Below the pieces are notes generated by a model. That model was not told the origin of the DNA and did no database searches. It saw only the letters and a program-made list of their open reading frames with translations. A stretch of DNA of 64,000 bases from a virus: positions 3,440 through 67,439 of the IMG/VR virus record IMGVR_UViG_3300013113_000534. One strand, 5' to 3'. Positions 28,291 to 37,903 of the stretch are shown here, in pieces. Position 1 is the stretch's first letter, and each line of letters begins with the position of its first letter. Made by a program: the position numbers and the translations under genes.

Positions 28291-29396
28291 GCCACTTAGT
28301 AGAAGTTTACGCAAAAGACTTGGGAGTTAAAATTGGCGAACCCCATTTTAAACCTCATTTTTTTCCTCTTCTTGAAGATAATTATATCACCATCCATAAT
28401 GATAATAAAGTTCAATCTAAAGAATACGATTATTGGGAAGAGGTTATTTGCTTAGTTAAAGAGCAAGCTCCAGATATTAAGTTTATTCAAATAGGCTCTG
28501 GAGAAGAACCAAAAATAAAAAATGCTACAAAGTTTCTTGCTACTACCAGTATCAAGCAATCTGCTTATATTATCAAGAATGGGCTTATGCATGTTGGCAC
28601 AGATAGTTTGCCAGTTCATATTGCCTCCTCCTTTGATAAACCTATTGTTGCGATATACGCACACACATACGCCTCTACTTGCAGTCCAGTCTGGGGTTCG
28701 AAAAAGAACCATACAATAATTGAATCTCATAGGAACGGCAAGAAACCATCTTACTCTTTAAAAGAGGAGCCTAAGCAAATCAACTTGATTAAACCAGAGG
28801 AAATAGCTAACGCTATTCTAAAAAAGTTAGGCAAAAACAAGAGTTCTAGAAAAACAATTTTTATTGGCGACAGATATAAAGAACAATTTATCCATATCAT
28901 ACCAGATAAGAAATATGGGGTATCATCTAAACAAACGGTTCTTAGGTTTGACTTACATCATGATGAAGAAAACACTCTGCACTTATTCGAAAATAATAAT
29001 ATTTCTATTGTGACAAACAAGCCATTAGGGGATAAAATTTTAAGTCAAAAAAATATTAATTGCATTAACTATTTCTGTGATCGATTCGACTCAGAGTTTA
29101 TCGAAAGAGCAAAAAAGAAAGGGGTAACTTTGCGCTTATTTTGCACAGATGAGAAAACCATTAATGAAGAAAGGTATAAGTTTTTCGACAAACAAATCTC
29201 TTTGATCAACGACTCTAAAAAAGTAGAGGAAGCAAAAAAAATGGTCGAACTCCCGAAAGAGGATTTAAAGATAAAATCTTACACAATTTATTTTAAAAAT
29301 GGGCAAGCATATCACTCTCTCTTTGAGGCAAATAACAAAGAAAATTTAGACGATATTTTCATTGACTTGGATAAACTCATGCTTTATACTGATTGA
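28287..29396 (+). CDS. GT9-like glycosyltransferase
   Basis: IQIG, HVGTDSLPVHIASSFDKPIVAIY. Confidence 0.75.
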   Translation: MSHLVEVYAKDLGVKIGEPHFKPHFFPLLEDNYITIHNDNKVQSKEYDYWEEVICLVKEQAPDIKFIQIGSGEEPKIKNATKFLATTSIKQSAYIIKNGLMHVGTDSLPVHIASSFDKPIVAIYAHTYASTCSPVWGSKKNHTIIESHRNGKKPSYSLKEEPKQINLIKPEEIANAILKKLGKNKSSRKTIFIGDRYKEQFIHIIPDKKYGVSSKQTVLRFDLHHDEENTLHLFENNNISIVTNKPLGDKILSQKNINCINYFCDRFDSEFIERAKKKGVTLRLFCTDEKTINEERYKFFDKQISLINDSKKVEEAKKMVELPKEDLKIKSYTIYFKNGQAYHSLFEANNKENLDDIFIDLDKLMLYTD

Positions 29397-29397
29397 A

Positions 29398-30174
29398 ATG
29401 AGTGATAAAAAGATTTACGGCCCCGACCTTTACAAGCGTAATGATCACGGGCTTTTAGAAAATACAGAATACGAATTTAATGAGGACGGCTCTGTAAATT
29501 GGAGGGCCATGATTAAGCCAGAGTTTCTTTACCCAAATAAAGATTGGTTTGAAGCTCGCAAAAAGGATGTTCCTACTTCACCAGAGGGCTTGGATGACAA
29601 GCAGCTTTTAATCATGCTGGGTGGTATTAAGGAGTTAGCTCGACTCAGAGGATTTCAGAGTGTTTCATTCAAAACCGACCACCTTAGTGATACTTATGTT
29701 GTGGCTAGTTGTGAGATTGTTTGGTCTCCTAATTACGAAAGTCATGATCAAGGGGTTGTTTACCAAGATGTCGCAAATGCAACACTACAAAATACAGGTT
29801 CTTTCGCAGCAAAGTTCCTAGAAACTATCGCTTGCAATAGAGCTTTTGTGAGATGTGTTCGTAATTTTCTAAACATTCACATCGTGGGAGCTGATGAGAT
29901 TGATAAATCAAAAGGAGCTGTAAATTCTCAATCAGTTGAATCTTCTGACGATGAAACTATAGGAAGCATTCTTTCTCCTCACACAAGACTATTTCAAGAC
30001 TGGCAAGAATATACTGGTGGGGGTAACAATTTTGAAGACTTCAAAAGGGGAACCTTGCGCTCTCTATGGAAGCAAGAAATTTATCAAAATAAAGACGCTC
30101 AAAACTGGAATAACTTTGACGAAATACCAGTCAAAGAGGTTCGCAAAATTAGGGCTGCTATTAGAAAATTATAG
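29398..30174 (+). CDS. Rad52/Sak-like single-strand annealing protein (tentative)
   Basis: GGIKELA..VVASC..ETIACNRAFVRCVR..GADEI; start moved to 29398. Confidence 0.5.
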   Translation: MSDKKIYGPDLYKRNDHGLLENTEYEFNEDGSVNWRAMIKPEFLYPNKDWFEARKKDVPTSPEGLDDKQLLIMLGGIKELARLRGFQSVSFKTDHLSDTYVVASCEIVWSPNYESHDQGVVYQDVANATLQNTGSFAAKFLETIACNRAFVRCVRNFLNIHIVGADEIDKSKGAVNSQSVESSDDETIGSILSPHTRLFQDWQEYTGGGNNFEDFKRGTLRSLWKQEIYQNKDAQNWNNFDEIPVKEVRKIRAAIRKL

Positions 30175-32535
30175 TCTTAAGAAATTCTTTTGAGCGGCTC
30201 TGAAATTAGTTTGATTCCTAGTTGCCAAAAATGCATTTAAATTCTTGTCAATAATCAATTGCTCGTCTGGTCTAAGGAGTTTAACAGTAGATTCATCAAT
30301 CGTTGTGGTTACTCCAGATCCACCTAACTTAAGAGAAATTCCAGATATCGTTGGTTGAAATGTCGTGGGCAAACTGATCCCGACTATAGTTCTACTGGAT
30401 TGAGACGTAGGATTACGCAGGGATTGAATAGCGGATAACTGGCTATTTTCCAATGCTTTTATATCTGCAATTTTACCGCTCTTAATATCTAATCTAATTG
30501 GATTGTAAACCGATCCAGTAGATCCGTTATTCTTCACGTTATAATATCTAATATCATATCTCTCAGCTAATTCCGCTAACTTCTGTGCTGCTTCATCAAG
30601 CTGTGCCTGTTTTTCAGCTCTCTCCTCCTCATCTTCCCTTGATGCATCGTCAGCTACCTCATCAGTTGGCCTTTTCGATCTAGTGAAGTAAGCCCTTGCA
30701 GTGTTTGGCCCACTCACCTTTTTATCTTGATCAGCAAATATCTTTGGTGATGAGTCGATAATACTTTTTATCTTATTATTTAGATCTTCGGTATATCCTA
30801 AATGTTCATTAACTGCATTAACATATCGATATTCACCATTATTAAATAGACCAAAATTAAGATCTTCTAGCCCAAGTCCTCGACTAGCTCTATTTGATCC
30901 ATTAAGTATTCCAACAAAACCATAGTCTCCACCCCCAGTAGAGCCAGCGAATTCCATTATCTCCTCAAGTGTAACTTCGTCTTTGCCTTGATCAAGAGCA
31001 GCATGAAGATCAGCGAGAGCTTCTATCTGTGAGATTTTAGTTGTCTTAAGGAAAGGCCCACTTATGCTCATTTCAGAACCTGTCCAGTTTGTCCTCCTAG
31101 CTGAATACTGTCTATAAAAATTGGAAACATAAATTTTATTATGCAGCAATTCAAAAGCTAATTCTATTTTTGAAAAAGCTTCCCCTTGTGATGGTCTTTC
31201 TATTTTTACAATACTGCTTTTGTTTGCTAAAGATATAAATTTTGCTTTTCGGAGATCCATGATTCCATCTTTATTCAAGGAATCTATCATCCTGCTGCTT
31301 TTCAACAGTGTTGAAATATCTCCTGCTCTTGAAGACTTTACCGCAGCACTACCATTCCACTCCTCCTCCCTCCAAGTAATGCTTTCGGATAGTCTTGTTG
31401 CTACAATCCCCAAAACATCAAAATTGTCTTTGTTATAAGCTCCAGCGAGCCACATTGTATAATACAATTTAAGTAAATTTTCCGTAATTTTTAATTTGTT
31501 TATAACTTCTCCAACTGGGAGTTTTCTAAATCTAGTCAATCTCTCTCCTTGATCAAATTCAAAGGTTTGTTTTTGTTTCTCTATATTGCCAGAAAAAGCA
31601 TTAACAAATACAGGAGACATCTTATCTGTTGTAAAGGAAGCATCAACGTATGATTTTTGTATCTCTTGGGATTGTGTCAATGGATTTGTGATTGCTATGG
31701 TTGATGCCGCAATAGAATTTATAAACTTAACTACATTACTAAACGGATCAATAAACCAATAATACCCAAATTTTGAAGCTATATTAGAAACAATTCCGTC
31801 TAAAGTTCCAGACTCCTCAAATAACACATTTGGATTGGAGTTTGGAATATCAAGTATGATTCCGCACAGCCCAAATCCTTGTATTGCCTCTTTCAACGTG
31901 TACCCAAAACGTAAATCATAATTAGCGTAATCTGGGTTATTTGTGTAGTAAGAGCTAACGCCACCGCCGGGCGTTGGAGTCGTTAAATTATGACACAAAC
32001 CCTCTTGAAGAATCTGGTCTTGATAAACTAAAGATGTTTTAACGCCATCTGAGTCAACAGAACTTTCTTCATTATAAATATTCCCTATTCTTACAATACC
32101 ATTTTTATAAGATGGGCCTCTTCGCGGGAACCTTTGATTTACGTCTACAGGAGTATTTGTGCATTCACTAAAGTAAGGTACTGTAATTTCTCCTTGCCCA
32201 TCTCTAGGATGACCTTGACTACCTCTGACAAGAAAACAATTAGACTTTAACAAAAGTGCCGTTCTATTAGCGTATTCTCTGCTTACTTTTGTTGAAGTTC
32301 CATCTTTACTAATAGTCTCTTTAGTAACTACAAAGTTTTGCATCGCCTGTTGGATCTTCCCATTAGAAGACGTGATCCGTCCAGACTCAGAGCCTATAAT
32401 TGTCCCAAGATTATTCCCATCTTGCGCTAAGTCTTTAGCACCCCTAACGCTTTCAGTGGTCATTGAGTGATCTCCTCCAGAGCTTGAAAAATTAAAATTC
32501 AAGGATGTCAGTGTTTCTGGGGGGTTTAAGGCCAT
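30169..32535 (-). CDS. tail/baseplate hub-like virion protein
   Basis: 788 aa at the distal end of the tail operon; NIASKFGYYWFIDP and ISLKLG..GVTTT hub-like motifs. Confidence 0.55.
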   Translation of the reverse strand: MALNPPETLTSLNFNFSSSGGDHSMTTESVRGAKDLAQDGNNLGTIIGSESGRITSSNGKIQQAMQNFVVTKETISKDGTSTKVSREYANRTALLLKSNCFLVRGSQGHPRDGQGEITVPYFSECTNTPVDVNQRFPRRGPSYKNGIVRIGNIYNEESSVDSDGVKTSLVYQDQILQEGLCHNLTTPTPGGGVSSYYTNNPDYANYDLRFGYTLKEAIQGFGLCGIILDIPNSNPNVLFEESGTLDGIVSNIASKFGYYWFIDPFSNVVKFINSIAASTIAITNPLTQSQEIQKSYVDASFTTDKMSPVFVNAFSGNIEKQKQTFEFDQGERLTRFRKLPVGEVINKLKITENLLKLYYTMWLAGAYNKDNFDVLGIVATRLSESITWREEEWNGSAAVKSSRAGDISTLLKSSRMIDSLNKDGIMDLRKAKFISLANKSSIVKIERPSQGEAFSKIELAFELLHNKIYVSNFYRQYSARRTNWTGSEMSISGPFLKTTKISQIEALADLHAALDQGKDEVTLEEIMEFAGSTGGGDYGFVGILNGSNRASRGLGLEDLNFGLFNNGEYRYVNAVNEHLGYTEDLNNKIKSIIDSSPKIFADQDKKVSGPNTARAYFTRSKRPTDEVADDASREDEEERAEKQAQLDEAAQKLAELAERYDIRYYNVKNNGSTGSVYNPIRLDIKSGKIADIKALENSQLSAIQSLRNPTSQSSRTIVGISLPTTFQPTISGISLKLGGSGVTTTIDESTVKLLRPDEQLIIDKNLNAFLATRNQTNFRAAQKNFLRL

Positions 32536-32539
32536 TTAA

Positions 32540-33358
32540 TTAATAATTTTCTACTTGTTGGTTAATCAAGTAAACGGAAGAATCTATTCCTGTTTCTATC
32601 ATATACACTCCAGTATGAATTTGAAGAAAATCTTCGGTGGTTTGCTCCATTCCATTTATGTAAAAATCAACGTGATTTTCTATAAATTTAGGCCCATAAG
32701 AATCTGAAACTCCAGTAATTTCGTCAGTATTATTCTGCTTCTTTATAGCAAATAAAACCCCAGTAACACTATCTAACTCTGTATTTGAAGCGAAATCTTT
32801 AAGCTTTTGCCCATTAAAAAATAAAAAATAATTCTCTTCCAATTCTGCTTTGGAAGACGAGACAGCTCCAGCATCGATAGCAGCGTGAATGTTATCTAAT
32901 TCTGTATTCCAAGACCCAGCTGATGTGCTAGTTTTGCCTTGGGAAAAGTGAGAAAGTAAATCTCTTTTGTCATAATAAATGACATCTTGCTGATCTAAGT
33001 TTAAAACTGGGTCAAACATAATTTCGCCCTCACCATTATTGAAATCAATAATGTAATCTCCTAAGTCTGTAGCTGATTGTATATAATAATTTTTGTTACG
33101 GGTGCTTGTGGTTGTAATGCCAGTAGCTTCAAGCATAGTTTGAGAATTAAGTGAAATCAAAGAGGTTTTCTCCCCAGTGATGACATTAATATCAACACTA
33201 AAGGGATACTCTTTATCTTTCCCATCTGCATCTAATCTAAAATGCGTTTTATCAAGCACATTTGCACCAAAATAAGCATCTTGATTTTTACCTGATATGT
33301 TCAACTGACTACCCGTTATAGTAGTATTACCAGTAGCTATTACATAGTTATATGTCAT
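32540..33358 (-). CDS. virion tail protein
   Basis: FFNGQKL and FYINGMEQ repeats, TG-rich; gene order. Confidence 0.55.
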   Translation of the reverse strand: MTYNYVIATGNTTITGSQLNISGKNQDAYFGANVLDKTHFRLDADGKDKEYPFSVDINVITGEKTSLISLNSQTMLEATGITTTSTRNKNYYIQSATDLGDYIIDFNNGEGEIMFDPVLNLDQQDVIYYDKRDLLSHFSQGKTSTSAGSWNTELDNIHAAIDAGAVSSSKAELEENYFLFFNGQKLKDFASNTELDSVTGVLFAIKKQNNTDEITGVSDSYGPKFIENHVDFYINGMEQTTEDFLQIHTGVYMIETGIDSSVYLINQQVENY

Positions 33359-34743
33359 GATTTACCTCCCATATAATAAATATAATTCTTTTTAAAGCTA
33401 TCAGAGCTTGATGATAAAATTGCTCCAGATGATTCTGGTTCTACAGATGCAATATAAGATTCTTTGAGAGGCGTTTGAGTTACACCACTAACCTCAGACA
33501 AAACGCCAGTAAGAGGGGTTTTACCGTATAGATCAATTGTTATTCTATCTTGAGTTATTCCAGTAAACTCTTGATAAGTTTGTATTGATTCTGATATATC
33601 ATTTAATCCTAAAGTATCGTAAGCGCCTTCTCCAGTGGGATAATAAATGTATCCAGAATTTGAATGAAGTTTGCCCAACTCTTCTTTATAGAATGTCTTA
33701 ACACTACCATTATTCAAAGTATAATACTTGTAGAAGCGCTCACCCTCTTCTTTACTTTCTGACGAAGTCAGTGAGACACTACCAGTAAATTCTTCTCTTC
33801 CAGTCATAATCTCTAATGTCCCTGTAGAGTTATAATTGTATCCTGTAATTCCAGTTTTGAAAACAATGGTCTCAGAATAACCTGTGACCCTTTCTGCTGA
33901 TGTTTCAACGGCAGCATTATAAGAATAATTACCAACAAGACCCTCTCCCAACTCTTTTAAAAATGATGGATCTACAAATCCAGAGAAGATGGCTAAACCA
34001 TGCAATGCCCCACTAAAAGTTGCAGTCTTATTATCGGTTGCCCTAAAGTAAGTGTCGCTCCCTCCAAAATTTAGTGATGTATTCGAATCCTTTGTAATAA
34101 AATTTTTAGATACAGGAAAATCTGCGCTTTGAACCAAACTGTTAAAATAATCAAAATGGCTAACAGTGATGAAACTTTCACCCAAGGACACTCCAATAAC
34201 ATTTCTTTTGGATAATTCTATAGAACTAATTACCTCGATTGAATCACCAAGACTGCTATACGTTTGACAAAATAAGTGTCCTCTGTCAGTAACCCCAATG
34301 TTATATCCTTGTGAATTCCTTACTTCACTACCTCCTATAGTATCAACTCCAGTTTCAAAACACCCGAGTATAACGCCATCATCAATATTTCCATCTTGAA
34401 ACTCAAAATCAATTATGGCAGAAATGTTGGAAGCGTCAAGTCCCTCTAGAGGAACTTGAAAATTACCATAGGTTAAGTCTAATGTATCTCCCGCTAAAAT
34501 ATCAGAAGCTTTATTTGTAACAGCTGTTTCATCGCTACCTGTTGCTCCAAGTAAGAACCCAGTGTGCAAAGCAGGTAGGTTAGAATAAATTGAGTTTGAA
34601 AATGACCCAGTAACATTTCCATCTGGCCCAGTCACAAACCCTACGCTCAGAGCAGATGCCCCGAGAAAATCATAAAGAGCAGATAGTCTTTGGTTTGAAC
34701 CAAGACCATCCAATAAAATAGCATTTAACGCTTTCTCACTCAT
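33355..34743 (-). CDS. virion tail protein, LamG-like N-terminal half
   Basis: GYNIGV..LNFGG..FSGAL; TG/SG-rich. Confidence 0.55.
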   Translation of the reverse strand: MSEKALNAILLDGLGSNQRLSALYDFLGASALSVGFVTGPDGNVTGSFSNSIYSNLPALHTGFLLGATGSDETAVTNKASDILAGDTLDLTYGNFQVPLEGLDASNISAIIDFEFQDGNIDDGVILGCFETGVDTIGGSEVRNSQGYNIGVTDRGHLFCQTYSSLGDSIEVISSIELSKRNVIGVSLGESFITVSHFDYFNSLVQSADFPVSKNFITKDSNTSLNFGGSDTYFRATDNKTATFSGALHGLAIFSGFVDPSFLKELGEGLVGNYSYNAAVETSAERVTGYSETIVFKTGITGYNYNSTGTLEIMTGREEFTGSVSLTSSESKEEGERFYKYYTLNNGSVKTFYKEELGKLHSNSGYIYYPTGEGAYDTLGLNDISESIQTYQEFTGITQDRITIDLYGKTPLTGVLSEVSGVTQTPLKESYIASVEPESSGAILSSSSDSFKKNYIYYMGGKS

Positions 34744-36356
34744 TAATAATACTTGGATAAGTTATAAGATATTGTGTTTTGTCCCGTGGAATAAGAGTCC
34801 TCTATGACAAAATCACCGCTACATAACCCAGAAGTAAATTCTTTGAGGTTTTGCAGTTTAGATCCGTCATTACTAGCACTAGCTGAAACGGAATAATTAC
34901 CCAAGCTGCGCGAAATAATCTGAGAAGCCTTAAATCCCCCAATAGTTTCTTGAACATTGTTAATTGCAAGCGGTTTTTTATCCTGTATCGTTAAAGTTAA
35001 ATCTTTTAAATTTCCTGACGAAAAGTCTACTTGGTTAGAGTAATTATAATTGTAAGAGATGGTATTTTCAACAGGATTTTTTGATATAGATAAGCTTCGC
35101 GGCTCTTCATTTATATAAGATGAGTTAATTTCATATCCAGTAGCAACGCCAGAAAATTTCTGCAAAGCAGATGTCGCTATTGCCTGTTGATCAACTTGCC
35201 CAAAAGCAGTTTCCACAGCTTGAAACCTAGGATTAGATTCAAACTCTCCTGTGGAGTCAATAAACAAAGATCCCAAAAATTTTAAGTTACCCTGAACTGC
35301 GACAGAAGAGACTGAAGAATCTTTAGATATACTTATCGACGAAGTATAAGAGTGCAAAACATTATTATTAATAACATCAACTTTGTCTGGGTCAGCGAAA
35401 GTGAAAGAAAAATTAAGAAGATTAGCTCCAGTATTTAAATCATAATTAAATGCTGTTGGGCCATCTTGGACAAAACTGTAAACCCCTGATTCATAATCAG
35501 AGTAAGAATTAACTAATGCATTAGTCGCTACATCTGTAGCTTGCTCTGGAGTAAAGTTACCAGTTGATAATAAACCAACCTGACTCCCTGTATTTGCGTC
35601 TATACTTCCCTGAAGGCTACCATTAACACTAATAGAGAGTTCAGAGTTGTTGCTAAATGAAATCGACGTAGAGAGGCTTAAAACGCCACTATCGGAGTAA
35701 GACTTGTCAGAATTATCTCTGTCTCCAGCGGAGTAAGAGTAAACTTCTGTAACCCCATAAATATTTTCTTTTCTATCTACGTTTTCTGTCCTAGAAGTTA
35801 AGAAGGCGTTATCTCCGCTATTGAATAAAGCTATATTTTCAAATCCATTAATAACCTTGCCACTAACAAACTCACGAGCGTTATCAAAAGGATCTTTAGA
35901 ACCAACTTTTAATCCTTTAGCTGAAACAGTATGGGTAGCAGTAATTATTTTATTATCCCCCTCCTCATAAGACCAAGAGTTCTGTGGGTCTGTAACACCA
36001 AAATATTCTGAAAACGTTTCTCCAGAATAATACAACGCAGTTAAACTATAAGGAAGGACTGTAGTTGAGTCGCTCTCATTAAAATCAATGGTTTCTATAA
36101 AGGAACAAGGACAGGTTTTAGCCTCATTTTCGATGGTTATTGTTAGGTCTTGATATTCATTAAGGAAGCCACTAATCATTTGCATTTTTTGCAAATCTAG
36201 CCCACTCAAATCGCTACCAGTCAAAAAGCCCACTATATTAACTCTAATAGAGCTATGATCTAGCAAGCCGCCAAGCTTAACCGCCTCATCCTCTTCAGAA
36301 AAAAGGGGGATTGGCTCAGGGAAAGAGTAGCTTCCGTATGTAATAGAAGTCGCCAT
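34743..36356 (-). CDS. distal tail protein with internal repeats
   Basis: repeated unit ending in I/V-S-Y-N-Y-like strands; two genes downstream of the tape measure gene. Confidence 0.55.
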   Translation of the reverse strand: MATSITYGSYSFPEPIPLFSEEDEAVKLGGLLDHSSIRVNIVGFLTGSDLSGLDLQKMQMISGFLNEYQDLTITIENEAKTCPCSFIETIDFNESDSTTVLPYSLTALYYSGETFSEYFGVTDPQNSWSYEEGDNKIITATHTVSAKGLKVGSKDPFDNAREFVSGKVINGFENIALFNSGDNAFLTSRTENVDRKENIYGVTEVYSYSAGDRDNSDKSYSDSGVLSLSTSISFSNNSELSISVNGSLQGSIDANTGSQVGLLSTGNFTPEQATDVATNALVNSYSDYESGVYSFVQDGPTAFNYDLNTGANLLNFSFTFADPDKVDVINNNVLHSYTSSISISKDSSVSSVAVQGNLKFLGSLFIDSTGEFESNPRFQAVETAFGQVDQQAIATSALQKFSGVATGYEINSSYINEEPRSLSISKNPVENTISYNYNYSNQVDFSSGNLKDLTLTIQDKKPLAINNVQETIGGFKASQIISRSLGNYSVSASASNDGSKLQNLKEFTSGLCSGDFVIEDSYSTGQNTISYNLSKYY

Positions 36357-36357
36357 A

Positions 36358-37902
36358 TTAAGCTATTATATACTCTATTACACGAGTTGTTGTTCCATCA
36401 ACTAAATTAGATGTAACCACATCGCTTGTTCCGTGGAAATCTGTTTCTTCTAAAGCTGCATTCATTTCTGTGGTTTTGCCATTTAAGAAATTTTTACCAT
36501 GATTAATTCCATATGCTGGGTCTGCTGTAACAGTAGCAGTCACAGTAGCTGAACCCAACGCATTTAAATCAGAAACAACAAGTTTTTGCTTTAGGTCTTT
36601 TACACTTAGCACTACCTCATTTCTCTTTACCTTATCTTTCTTTTGAATAGAAATGTTAAATTTTAAAATCCCTTTCGGCAAAGGCCCAGAATCATAAGAA
36701 TCATTTGTAGTGTATTTTATATTCTCTGTTACCGATCCTTTTGGTTTATCAATCGTGGCAGATCTTGATTGTTCGTATATTTCTGTAGCTTCTGAAAATA
36801 AACCTACAACTTTGCTCTCATTGTTATCTTTATTGGAAGTCCATAAAGCTATGACACTATCATATCTTGTTTGTGAATTTTTGTCTTTAGCTTTGTATGT
36901 CACACTCAAATTGTATTCAAAATACGCACCTGTTTTATTTTTAGTGCAATTATAAGAAATGCTATTTTCTTGAGACAGCTCTGGGTCAGTAGAGAAACTA
37001 ATAGATAGTGATGCTTTTCTAGAGTCTTTTGTTATGCCTTTTTCTATAGCGAATGGCTTTCCAAACTGGCTTTCTTCATCGGAAATTATACTATCTATAG
37101 TCGATCCTATAGCGTCCCCTAAAACTTCAGACGAGTGATGCTTTAATGACGTTAACTCAACACTAATAACTTTGGTGAGATATCCTTTTTCATCAACTGA
37201 GTTAGAAGTGGTTATCTTTTTAGAAACGTTTTCTGAATCAACAATAAAAGAAGAATCAAAACTTTCTTGTAGATCAACAGATAAGTTTACTAAATCTATT
37301 GTCTGGTTGAGAGTTCCATTATAATTTTTATTGAATCTAGCATTTTCAGATATACCATCTTCATAGTACCCTAAGCTGGGTCTATTAGCATAGTAGTAAT
37401 TAGTGAGGAAGGCTTTTGCGTTTGTCAAAAACTGATTTCCCGCATCTTGAGAATATTTTATAGATATACTCCTATTGTAAGAGTAGTCTGCATCTGATCT
37501 TGTAAAATCGTAGCTTTCAGAGAAGTCTTCTAATAAATGAGGGCTTGGGATGTATTTAGCAAAAGTTTTTGAACTGTAATCATCTAACCTCCTTCTTTCT
37601 TCAATTGTTATGTCTACAGTATCTTCTCCGTTTAGGGAGCCTTCTGCAAAAGATACCCTAGTAAGTAGCCCGTTTAATATTTCGTCTCCAGCTATACGAG
37701 CCGTTATATTTTGCCTCTTGTAAGCTGATCTAATGGCAGCTCTCCCAGACAGTAGAACACCGTCATTATTGTCGAACTGTATGTCTTCTACTTTTAGAGT
37801 ATAATTTAAAGTAACCAAATACCCAAAAACTTCCTGACTCCCCAAATAAGAGTAGGAAATTTGAGAATTAGAGTTGATTACATTATTAACTAATAAACTC
37901 AT
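36358..37902 (-). CDS. distal tail protein, probable paralogue of 34743-36356
   Basis: similar length and repeat rhythm; directly downstream of the tape measure gene. Confidence 0.55.
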   Translation of the reverse strand: MSLLVNNVINSNSQISYSYLGSQEVFGYLVTLNYTLKVEDIQFDNNDGVLLSGRAAIRSAYKRQNITARIAGDEILNGLLTRVSFAEGSLNGEDTVDITIEERRRLDDYSSKTFAKYIPSPHLLEDFSESYDFTRSDADYSYNRSISIKYSQDAGNQFLTNAKAFLTNYYYANRPSLGYYEDGISENARFNKNYNGTLNQTIDLVNLSVDLQESFDSSFIVDSENVSKKITTSNSVDEKGYLTKVISVELTSLKHHSSEVLGDAIGSTIDSIISDEESQFGKPFAIEKGITKDSRKASLSISFSTDPELSQENSISYNCTKNKTGAYFEYNLSVTYKAKDKNSQTRYDSVIALWTSNKDNNESKVVGLFSEATEIYEQSRSATIDKPKGSVTENIKYTTNDSYDSGPLPKGILKFNISIQKKDKVKRNEVVLSVKDLKQKLVVSDLNALGSATVTATVTADPAYGINHGKNFLNGKTTEMNAALEETDFHGTSDVVTSNLVDGTTTRVIEYIIA

Positions 37903-37903
37903 A

